Source: Salisapilia sapeloensis CBS 127946
Lineage: Eukaryota; Protista; Oomycota
Direction: 5' to 3'
NCBI GenBank assembly: GCA_023334545.1
Contig: JAADVB010000064.1
Coordinates: 16,411 to 80,410, forward strand
DNA length: 64,000 bases
In this document: positions 11,994 to 22,113 of the stretch, piece by piece
Layout: the number at the start of each line of letters is the position of its first letter
Position numbering within the stretch: position 1 is the stretch's first letter
Translations under genes and position numbers: made by a program
Notes under the pieces: model-generated
Database searches by the model: none
What the model saw: only the letters and a program-made list of their open reading frames with translations
What the model was told of the DNA's origin: nothing

Positions 11994-12236
11994 AGCTGTC
12001 ACGAGCCTCTTAGATGAGTCAGTGTATACTGCAGTCTACCTTCCACTTGCATTCATTGTCAATAGCTAGCAGCCACTTCCACCACGAAGCACAACACAAT
12101 GCTTTACAATCGACACGTGATGATCAACAACATCAGCGCACTGAATATACACGTCTTCAGCTATGAATAGAGGTGTTCCAAGACAACTGGATGCATCATG
12201 GCTTTAACGTCTCACAGATTCCTATTTGTTTATCGT

Positions 12237-12803
12237 CTATTGTTTGCCTTGCGCTTGGAGGATCTCGTCGTCGGAAAGGAGAGACACGATCTCGACGCTG
12301 TCAGACACAGCGTCTTCCACCTTCTTACGGCCAGGCAGCACCTTGAGCTCGACAACGAAAGCGCAGCACACGACCTTGCCACCAGCCTTTTGCACCAGCT
12401 TCACACCAGCCTCGGCTGTGCCGCCCGTGGCGAGCAGATCGTCAAGTAGCAAGACGCGGTCTCCTGGTTGCACAGCACCCTCCTGAATGCTCAACTTGTC
12501 CGGACCGTACTCTTTCTCGTACTGCACCGTGTCACTCACACGAGGCATCTTGTCCGGTTTGCGCAACATGAACACACGCTTTCCCCACTTGGCACCAAAG
12601 TAAGGTGCGAAGAGGAAGCCTCGGGCATCGAAGCAGCCGATGCAGTCAAAGGACTCCGGGTCCAGCGCCTTTTCGAACAGGTCAAAGCATAGCTGGAGCT
12701 CCTTGGGGCTAGCCAACAGGCCGCCGACGTCAAAGAAGTGGGGGACGCCCTTGAACGGGACGCTCGGGATCACTTGGGCCAACTCCTGTTGCTTGGTCGT
12801 CAT
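12237..12803 (-). CDS. APRT: Adenine phosphoribosyltransferase
   Basis: PFKGVPHFFDVGGLL, GCFDARGFLF, LRKPDKMP, YEKEYG and PRPP-binding VLLLDDLLATGGT. Start placed at ATG 12803 (MTTKQQ); the ORF extends upstream to 12869. Confidence 0.97.
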   Translation of the reverse strand: MTTKQQELAQVIPSVPFKGVPHFFDVGGLLASPKELQLCFDLFEKALDPESFDCIGCFDARGFLFAPYFGAKWGKRVFMLRKPDKMPRVSDTVQYEKEYGPDKLSIQEGAVQPGDRVLLLDDLLATGGTAEAGVKLVQKAGGKVVCCAFVVELKVLPGRKKVEDAVSDSVEIVSLLSDDEILQAQGKQ

Positions 12804-13634
12804 CCTACTCGATTGTATATCAGCACTTCGTGGCTGGCAAGTGCTCGCACTCTGGAAGCCAAGAGCCAAAACGGTTGGTAACCGCCACGTCCGTCGACCA
12901 GCTCACGTGCGTCAGCAGGATTGATTGGCAGGTGTATGACAGAAGGTGGAGCATACAAAATCCATGTCGACTGTACCAAGTGAAGTGCTCCACACCAATT
13001 TAGGTTCTGCCACGATAAGAGCTTTATCTCTTTCTGGCATCTTTGTGGAAACTTGCTTGCTAGAAGGAGGAAACAAATGAAAGGAGTAGAATTTCCTGGC
13101 CAAGTGTTTCCAAGATCAAACTAGGCGCATATTCGTTGTACTAAAAGTTATTGATCGCATACTTGTTTATTTCTAATTTTAACTATGTGTCCAGGTCAAC
13201 TATTCTGCACTTTTATTTTGTAGAGCATGGGCCCAAGTTTTCAGAAATCTCCCTCGAGTCGTGTATTTCAGTAGTGTGCTGAGCAACGCAAGAGTGAGGT
13301 GGCGGAACACCAGTTGCGAACACGCTATCTAGGTGTCATAGAGCTCTGTTACTTTGAGGCTACTACCGGTATTGGCTGAAAACAATTCGGCGGATAATAT
13401 TAGATTCATGACGTGGCCTTATCATGCATCACTGGCCTATGCACTTATTCGTACGTGTCATGAATCACGAGAACGACGTAGTGGTACCAGAGTTTTAAGC
13501 TCCCATACAGATCGCAAATGAAGTATACAGATGGAAGAGTGGTGACTCAGCACACAATCACCTTGGCAAGCAAGCACGTAGGAAGTGGATCCGAGCCCAT
13601 TATCCTTTCGACGCCATTGACGGCAAGACAGAAA

Positions 13635-15059
13635 ATGGTGCTTAAAGCAATTTCTGCAACCATTGCGGCCGCATTGGTTTGCACAGCTCACGCTGGATTG
13701 ATTGCCCCTCTCCCGATCACAGGACCATTTAAATTAAATGAAGTTACCAATACTTCTATGGCTTGCGGAGAAGACTTGGGTCAGGCCAGATACCAGCATG
13801 TAAAGCAAGGCGGCAGTTTTGAGGCACAGTTTCATCGCGACTATGAACTTGACTATGGTGGATATATTGGCGGGTTCATCCGTTGGGCTCTCGCCCCCAT
13901 CGAATCTACAGATGATTATCCATCGGCAAGTGATTTTGACAACAACGTCTTGCAATACAGCTGCCACGAAGCATTATGTGAGTTGTACGAGCCCAAGGAT
14001 GGAAAAGCGAAGCCATTTTATGAGCTGTCCAAGCTGCCTGAGACGACGAAAGACGATGAAACGATTCGCAATGGATGGGTGTGCAAGGACACGGTAGATA
14101 TTCCCGAGTCTCTTCCGACTGGATTGTATAAATTTCAGTTCACTCGTTTCGGTGCTGGGGATGCAGTCACAAAGGATCGCGGCAAGAGCGATTCGACTGA
14201 AAATATTGCGCGGTTAAAATCTCTCAAGCCTGCACCTCCGCAACGCACGTGTGGGTATCTAAAAGTCGGTCCCAAAGATGAAAAAAGTTCTAGCCTAGGC
14301 TCAGGACCAGGTCCAAGCTCAAGCTCAGGCTTGGACTCCATGTCGGGGTCCTTGGATTCCATCGATGGTTCTGGTTCCGACTCGAATTCGGTCGGACCTG
14401 GCACGACTCATGCCGATCCTGCTACAGACGGCAACGATGACGGCCTCAACGTGGACGGAAAGAAAGGAGAGTGGCATTGGGGGGCGACTAGTAGCACATC
14501 AAGCGACGACTCGAAGGGTGGTTCCAATGCCGACAATGTTGATGCCGGTGACGCCGATAGCACTGATACCGGTGGTGGATTATTCGACACGGACGACCCT
14601 GCATCTGCAAGTGATGCTAACTCGAACTCTGTTAGCGTAGATGGGTCTCATTCTGGCTCTGGTCCATCTCTAGCGAGCAGTCACAGCAGTAGTGGTAGTG
14701 TTGGTGCTACTCCTAGTCAAAACAGCAAGAGTCGATCTGACGGCAATTTGAAAAACGCGAGCGGCTCAGACACTGACGACGTTGCTGGAGACAAAGATGC
14801 CAACAATAAGCAGAAGGTGAAAGAGGTGACAGTACGAAGGCTGCAAGATGGTTCGAAATCTGGTGGTAAGACCAAACTAGATCTCGGATGCCCAAAAAAC
14901 GTAAGAAATGACTACTTGTACAACCGCGGGAGCAGCTGCGCTTATGCCTTTACCAACAAAATTGAAATTGTCGATGGTGAGGCCAAAGATCTAGAGAAGT
15001 TCCCATTCGAGCCATTTAAGCCTGGTACGCCAGCCGATATTGACCCTGGTTGTGACTAA
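13635..15059 (+). CDS. Secreted protein: signal peptide, predicted His1 (LPMO-like) Cys-containing domain, long Ser/Gly/Asp linker, C-terminal Cys domain
   Basis: ATG 13635 gives MVLKAISATIAAALVCTA|HAGLIAP; globular region 13689-14270; low-complexity linker ~14281-14760; VRRLQ and a Cys-containing tail. Coding status is clear; the function is inferred. Confidence 0.8.
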   Translation: MVLKAISATIAAALVCTAHAGLIAPLPITGPFKLNEVTNTSMACGEDLGQARYQHVKQGGSFEAQFHRDYELDYGGYIGGFIRWALAPIESTDDYPSASDFDNNVLQYSCHEALCELYEPKDGKAKPFYELSKLPETTKDDETIRNGWVCKDTVDIPESLPTGLYKFQFTRFGAGDAVTKDRGKSDSTENIARLKSLKPAPPQRTCGYLKVGPKDEKSSSLGSGPGPSSSSGLDSMSGSLDSIDGSGSDSNSVGPGTTHADPATDGNDDGLNVDGKKGEWHWGATSSTSSDDSKGGSNADNVDAGDADSTDTGGGLFDTDDPASASDANSNSVSVDGSHSGSGPSLASSHSSSGSVGATPSQNSKSRSDGNLKNASGSDTDDVAGDKDANNKQKVKEVTVRRLQDGSKSGGKTKLDLGCPKNVRNDYLYNRGSSCAYAFTNKIEIVDGEAKDLEKFPFEPFKPGTPADIDPGCD

Positions 15060-15500
15060 GCACGATAAAAAGCGTGCACCGTATGGACAAATAAGAGCTG
15101 ATGTTACTTTTAAAATTTCGTCTCGGAGACTTTCGGTCAATTTCCATTAGACAAGTAGTAGTGGATTAATGGTGCGTGCTATTTAAAAGAAAAGGCTGCC
15201 AAAGATCCTCTTGCTGCTGATTTTAGCATCGAATTGATTCAACGGATGCTACCAAGCGAACTAGTGTATATGGATCAGGAGAATGCACTAGTTCATCAAT
15301 CTTTACAAGACAATCACCAATGAGCTGGGTTTTCTTCTACCCTGTATCAGTTTACAGCAATATAGTACAAAGGTAGGAGACTCGCTAATGGCAACACTGG
15401 TCACGAGGTAACTTCATTTGTACGAACTTTGCAGCACCTGTAATAGTGCAATGAGCTGATCGATGCAGTTAGAATAGACTGTACTTCTAGACTAAGAATG

Positions 15501-16348
15501 CTAATCTTCATGTGGTGTAAAAAGCTGCAGCCCCTACCAAGTACACGGACAAAAGCTTAACAACACACGCTACATTTAAAAAGATTGTATGCAAGTACCT
15601 TGAAATTGGCATCTAGTAGCTTTTGCATTCGGCCTTGATTTTTCACATAAAGCCTGTCCGCTTGCTGTCTCAGTTGTTGGTTCTCGTCTCGCAGTAGATC
15701 TTTTTGTTTAACAGCTTTCAAGTATATACTAAAGGTAGATGTTTCGCTTCTTTCTGTCCAATCTCGCTTACGACTTTGAATTTGTTTCTCCATCCGTTGA
15801 GCTTTCTCCGAAAAGTCCTTTTCCAAGTCCTCCACTTCATCCTTGAGCATTTGAAGGGTATTCTAATCATCGCATCCAACAGTACACCCTGTTAGCATTC
15901 TGACGCCTACATATGTACATTTAGGATACGTATAAGATCGTACTATTTTCTTGTAGTAGCACTCTCGGACGATACGCCGCTGTTTGGCACGTCGTATTTT
16001 GACCGCTTCGCTGATACCGTTGTTACGCGAACGACGTTTGTGTTGGATTGGTGAGCTTTTGCTCCATTGTGTAGCCTTGCCCAAGTTTCCATCACCACCC
16101 GTTCTATAAAAGGTAGGGTCTTCGTATGTTGTAGGATTATGAGGTTCAAATCGTTCTAGCAATGGAGTCGCTTGAACTCTTTGTCGTTCTGGCAAGGCTG
16201 CCGTCCTAGATACTGTCGTCAATGTACATGGTAAAGAGAAGAAGGATCGACTCAAATTTACATGTCTACATCTGTGGGAGGGTTTAGCAAGTCGGAGATG
16301 CGAACCATTGCTATGCTTCGTAGACGAAAGAGCAATTGGTAAATCCGA
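15501..16348 (-). pseudogene. Truncated/decayed basic region-coiled coil (bZIP-like) gene
   Basis: Basic segment KIRRAKQRRIVRECYYKKI splices (intron 15943-15863) to coiled coil NTLQMLKDEVEDLEK...LRDENQQLRQQ; a second intron 15598-15534 is followed by a stop after 10 codons. The open frame reaches 16348 with no in-frame ATG. Confidence 0.45.
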
Positions 16349-17429
16349 TCATGCAAGCCGGTGGCTGAGTATTTTGAGCTTTAGTTACCATCGCAAAGTA
16401 GTCGATTCAATACGGTCTGAACTGGCCAAATAACGATTGACGCCATAAACGTCACCGTCGCACTATCTACACGGGGTCATCGAATATGCAGACTTTCAGA
16501 CAAGGCTAAGAGTGTAATCGACGCTTGGCCGCACAATGAGGTCGCGAAGAATCAAGTCGGGTAAGTAATATGCTATCAGAACTTACAATCTATTCTTCGA
16601 ATGGGTGAAGAGAACTGCTTCAGCTAATTTTTGATTAGATCAACTCCATCATATGCACTCTGGGAAAGCGATCTTTTAACGAGATTCATCAACATCGCAA
16701 TATACATATCACATTTGTGACCACGCAGTATTTAACGGAGATAGCAGGTTTTGATTAAAAAGACAATCGCTTTATGAACACGAAGCTCATCACGACGGAA
16801 TTACCGAAGAGTGGGGAGTGACTATTCGATCGCTGATTTCAAACTTTCGTACACAGAACTTCTCCCAATACACGACGGTACATTTACATAAGTCGTATAA
16901 AACCATGGGCATCAACGATTTACCCATTGATTGAACCAAGTAATAAGGTTTCAAGATAATTGTATCTTGTGTACCTTTGTGGTCCTCATGTACGTATACG
17001 AATGCCAGGCTGAACAAGATATTTACCCAAAATTCTGCCGGACTCTAGCTCATAAGAATACAAGGGGGCCTGCACTTAGTGCTTTTATCCCGAGGCATCG
17101 ATCGGTCACAGCATTAGTTATCGAACGTTCCGCCTGAACAGAACGATAGCCGGTAACCAAAGTGACCGTTTGCCGTGAGAGTTCTGACTCGAACTAGAAT
17201 GTTGCATCATATTTTAGAGATTATGCACCTTGCCTAAGAGTCTCGCGGCAGTTGTGAGCGGTTACTTTGTGAACGTTTATACCGATTTCTAGAATCCCAT
17301 GGGTAGCTTCAAGACAAAGTTATTTATATCAACAACAGAAGGTGAAGATGAGTGATAAGACTCCATCCACTGCCACGAGAGAGCTCAATTGAGAATCGGA
17401 CTCGTAACCAGAAGATCTACAAGAGGAAC

Positions 17430-17770
17430 ATGGCAAGCAAAGACGGGAAAGAAGTAGATTATGTTTCGATGCAAGCCAACCTGACCTCTCAAATTGAGAG
17501 CGAGCGCCAAGCTGCAAAACGTTGGTGGGACGATTATGGTCCGTGTTACTTAGAAGACAGCAAGCCAGACGACTTCACCTACGATAATCGTATTCAAAGA
17601 CTCAAGTCTTCACTCTCCGACTCAAAGTATAAGCTTCATTTTATGATACCATCGACTCGGCTAACAATGTGTCTGTCGACTACAGGTACCAACGTGCAGC
17701 CATGCATACGACGCACAAGGAATACGGGTGTCGACCTCCGTTCCGGGAGTGTCATAGAAAAGCTGTGTAA
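17430..17770 (+). CDS. Small 93-aa protein, possibly a ciliary microtubule-inner-protein-like gene
   Basis: ATG 17430; intron 17627-17685 (GTATAAG...GCTAAC...TACAG) restores the frame to ...SKYQRAAMHTTHKEYGCRPPFRECHRKAV*. Motifs ESERQAAKRWWDDYG and TTHKEYG. Confidence 0.6.
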
Positions 17771-20700
17771 CATTGAACAAAATACCCTCGATTAAAGCAT
17801 AAAGCAATATGTATTGTTCTTTTGATGATTTTTCTTCATTAGCATGCTGAAACTACAATTTCTTCGATGGTACTAAATTTCGATCTGCTTTGCTTTTCTA
17901 ATTTGGAACAGCAGCACTAGACACAACACGAAGAATAGATTCGATAGGATTTTAAATTACTAGTCATTTTACTGAAAGTAGTGACTTTAGATCCATGACA
18001 AATCTTTCTATTACCCTTTATTTTTCCTACTCTCTATTTAGCCTCTTATGGCGAATTGCAGGTGTGTTGCTTAAGAGAAATGGAAAGTGTATTAGAAAGT
18101 TATAAAGCCTGCGGTCGTTTCTATTGCGTCTCCTCGTTGCTCTCCTGCTTTGCAAATGCATCTGTGTTGAAACCTCTCTGCATGTACCCGTCCCATACCC
18201 TAAAGATATCGAATATATTCTCACTTCCATTTCAACTTGACTTCAACTTACCTTCAACGTATCCTTGGATCTGGAGCTCATGCTCCCCCTCATCCCTCGT
18301 GGGTCTTGGTATTTTAACACTAACAGAAGGTAAGGTACATCGATCTCGGGTTAGCTAAGATTGCTAACTTCATCATCACACTCTACCCCTGTTTCGCCCT
18401 ACCGGCCCCGCTGCATACTACACAAAATGCTGGGGTTAACTTTGTTGTTATGAGTATAAAAAAGGTAGACTCCTAAATTCCTAAGATCAATGTTAAACGC
18501 ACTTACGAAGATAAAGATACAGGTAGAAGACGTGAAAAGTTTACATGTCATTTCGCTCGAGTAAATTCCGGACGCTCAATACTATGCGAATGCCCACTAA
18601 GATTCCTACTACTCTAAAGTATCCTGCTCGGCTTTCCTGTAGTCTTCATTTCGAAGAATATCATCGAGAGCTTATAAGTATCTACTTTGCGGCTTATGCA
18701 AAAGCTCAAGCTTTTTACATAGGGCAACGTAGCAGTCGTGGGTCATAAATTACAAGACTACAGTCGATCAACCGCACTTAAAATGCAACCTCTGTTTACA
18801 CAAAGCCTTTACCTTGGCTACTGAAGCGCGGACAACGAATATTCGGAGCAAGTTCCAGATATAGCTGAGACCAGTTGGATGCACGACACGCTGGGTCGGA
18901 AACATCAAGTCAGAGCGATGGTCTCTCGGTATCCCTCCAAATTTTGGACACATCAAACGCGCGCGTGTAATACCCATTCTGCTTTGCATCTAGTCAAGCG
19001 AGCATAACGCATGCTCTCGTAGAAGGTAACATGAAAATCAAATGCGATATTGAGTGACAACTGTGGTACAGCTAGAAGTTTGATTGACACTCGAAGTCGC
19101 TAGATGTAATATATACATGCAAATATTTGATCTGCTTATAAACTCTTGAGTATTCTCATCGAAACCCAAAAAGGTTGTTTATGTTGTAGGTTGGCGAGTC
19201 AAATTGCTTGTACGGAAATGCTGATGCAGCACCAAATGCAGATTGAAGCCGAGCTATGGTATACCACGTGCGACAAATATGAACTTCGTGACTTGCACTG
19301 AAATACTTTCAAGCTATTGTCACAGACGTCCAGCGAGATAGATGCTCTATTCGTGGTATCGTACTAATAGTTTTGGCACGCTTCGTGATTTGCATTTGGT
19401 GCAACTTGATAGCTCATCAAGCTTCCAACTCTGCTTCTGTATTTATCAGAATGCCACAAGAAAGTCATTTGAAGCAAAAAACTGGAAAAGTCATATTTCT
19501 GAGGAAGTTCATGAAGAAAGATTGAGGCTATATGTTTCCTAAATTTGGCAAAGTATGTGATTACCAACTCGAATCTTTCATCCGCTGGTCAATACCACCA
19601 GCCACCTGTAATTGCCACTCGACAGCACGGCTTTCAACAGTAAAAGTTATCAATAACGTTTTGAAATGCCTTAGCTCTACCTTGATCTATAGGCATCAAA
19701 AGTACCACCCTTTAATATATGGCACGAAGTACCTCCGCCGATGGATTTTAACAGCTTTGCCAGAGTCTAGTATATAAACGCGGTGTTCGTTGCATCCAAT
19801 AAGGCAAGAGCTTCGAAGTTATTTCTGCAATCTTCCAAGCTTTAGATGCCCTGTACTCGAAGCCTCATTGCCATGCCGAAGCACTTGTCTGTCGTGCGAC
19901 AGCACTGCAACATCCTCTAGAAACCTAAATTAGCTTCTATTCCACATGATCCTTATTTGGTAAGCTATAAGAAATGGAAAGTGGCCACAGAGTTTGCGAA
20001 CTGTTTCACTTTTAATGCACTTTTAAATGAGAACCAACTATCAAAATAAAAGCTTGCGCTCATATAGTGTGAAACTATACATGGTGCTTGTCATGGAAGG
20101 CGATAGCACCTTATCCTTTTATATCGACGCTTAACAACTTTCTTGATTCATGCGCCATACGGTATTCCAGTGATCATTTATAGGTCTGAGCTAACTGACC
20201 CTTGCTCACTTAAAAAACATTGACTCGAGTACTAGAGGAAATGGTGCTCGCTATTTAATCATAAATCCATTGTCGAGCTCCTACAACGAATGTAGCGCAT
20301 GAATTAATGGAGCACTTACGCGAAGACAGTTCCAATTTAAGTTTGCAACGTTGATATGGTGACCCATTTGAACTCGACGCGAATGTAGCATAAGGATAAG
20401 CAGCTTGTATTTAAGAAATTACAAACTATCATGCGTTCGACCAAGTCATGCTTTGCATGACATTGCAGTGCTACGCTACAGTAAGTAATGATCACCAGAT
20501 TGGATCAGAGGCACTTCGGATAAGTAGCAAGATGCGAATTCAAGGACGTGAAAATGTGCTCTATATTTCCTTTCGCGCAGACACTTGAGCTCACATCGGG
20601 CTATTGAATAATTTATGGTTCTTTAAATATACCCTCGTTTTCTTCCCACCATTGGCATCGCCTTTTGCTTCGATAGCGCCTGACTAGCATCGATCAACAA

Positions 20701-20854
20701 CTCCATAAAGAACTGATGTTACACGATGAGCAGAAAGATAGGTGTCATTCGATGGCTACAATTCACGCCTGAATCACATCGCTAGATGCTCACATTGATC
20801 TGCTGTCTCATTAACGATCTGTTCCGTCAAAGCTCATTGACAGCTTAACGCTTT

Positions 20855-20867
20855 TCATTTTTAAATT
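20855..20867 (+). promoter_or_regulatory. INR/FPR-like core promoter (TCATTTTTAAATT) of the NLP gene
   Basis: Matches the oomycete initiator + flanking promoter region pattern (TCAYTYY...AWTT), ending 25 nt before the ATG; an identical 13-mer lies upstream of the GH17 gene. Confidence 0.5.
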
Positions 20868-20892
20868 AGCCTCCTTCGAAACACTTAAGAGC

Positions 20893-21675
20893 ATGAAGAC
20901 CTTTATCGCATCGACCGTTGCTTTCTTTGCAGCGACCGCTTCCGCAGACGACTTGTGGATGCTCCCGAAAGCGTTGCCGGTTGGTGTTGACATCGAGTCC
21001 TTTGCCCCTGTCTTTGACTTCGACAGCGACTCGTGCCTTCCTAGCTCCGCCATCGACCCCTTCGGCAAGGTCAACGGAGGCCTTAAACCAACTGGCAGTA
21101 TCACTGGAGGCTGCCGTCATGACGGCTTCATGAAGCTGTCGAACACCTATCATCGATATGCATGCCATAAAGAAGCCGATGACGTCTACTGCTCCCACTT
21201 CTACGGACTCTATTTCCTGAAGGACCAGTGCCTTAACGGTATTCGTTGTGGTCACCGTCATGACTTTGAAAAGGTAGCTGTGTGGACCAAGAATGGAGAT
21301 GTGACGGCCGTCAGTGCAAGTGCCCATTCCGGCATGGATACGAAGCCGATTAACGAAGTGCCAATGGAGGGCACCCACCCGAAGATCGTCTACCACAAGG
21401 ACGGCATTTCTACTCACGCTTTCCGCTTCGCCAAGACGAATGAAGGTGCAGAGAATCCGGAAGGTGCCTTTGTCACGCCAGATATTACTAGCTGGACAGT
21501 CATGACTGGCGAGACAGTTGACAATGCTTATCTCCGTGAAACGTTTGACACGTACGACTTTGGAAGTGCCAACTTCATTGCGCGTACCAACGCTTTCGTG
21601 GACCAGATCAACAAAAACCGTCCTAGCGACTACCCTGAGTTTGTGGCTGAAGATATGGACAATCTTCAGAATTAA
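20893..21675 (+). CDS. Nep1-like protein (NPP1 domain), type 2-like, secreted
   Basis: Signal peptide; APVFDFDSDSCLPS, NGGLKPTGSITGGCR, YFLKDQ, heptapeptide GHRHDFE, VWTKNG, SAH, VYHKDGISTHAFRFA. Intronless, 260 aa. Confidence 0.97.
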   Translation: MKTFIASTVAFFAATASADDLWMLPKALPVGVDIESFAPVFDFDSDSCLPSSAIDPFGKVNGGLKPTGSITGGCRHDGFMKLSNTYHRYACHKEADDVYCSHFYGLYFLKDQCLNGIRCGHRHDFEKVAVWTKNGDVTAVSASAHSGMDTKPINEVPMEGTHPKIVYHKDGISTHAFRFAKTNEGAENPEGAFVTPDITSWTVMTGETVDNAYLRETFDTYDFGSANFIARTNAFVDQINKNRPSDYPEFVAEDMDNLQN

Positions 21676-22113
21676 ATACTCTGTTCGATTGCCGTTCCTG
21701 CCGTCAGCATAATATCGAGACTTTCTGTCCAATGTGCGCAAGGTCTGCTACGCTGTGAATAGTGACCGTGCTAAGTTCCAAGAGCAACGAACTTCATTTT
21801 TCAATCGTATTACTTGTTCGGCTTGCATCGAATGAATAAATTCTGGTCAGGTTAAATAAAACGTTGACTATGTACAAGCATCGAAGCAATTCTTCACACT
21901 TATTCCGCTCTTCACTTATACGCATGGACACATTCGCTGGCGTCTTTGCTGTTGAACCGACTCAATGCTTTGTAAAACCAATTTGACTGCTCTGAACAAT
22001 AACATGCCAATTGCCAATTATCTCCCATTTCTTTATGAAGTTGTATTTCTTTTATATGGCCTTCCTCGAGTGTGTACATTGCTAACTGAACATTCAGAAA
22101 TGAGCTTGCGAGC

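Noticed and set aside
20866-21741. 291-aa antisense ORF over the NLP
   Set aside because: Shadow frame of a real gene; no recognisable motifs.
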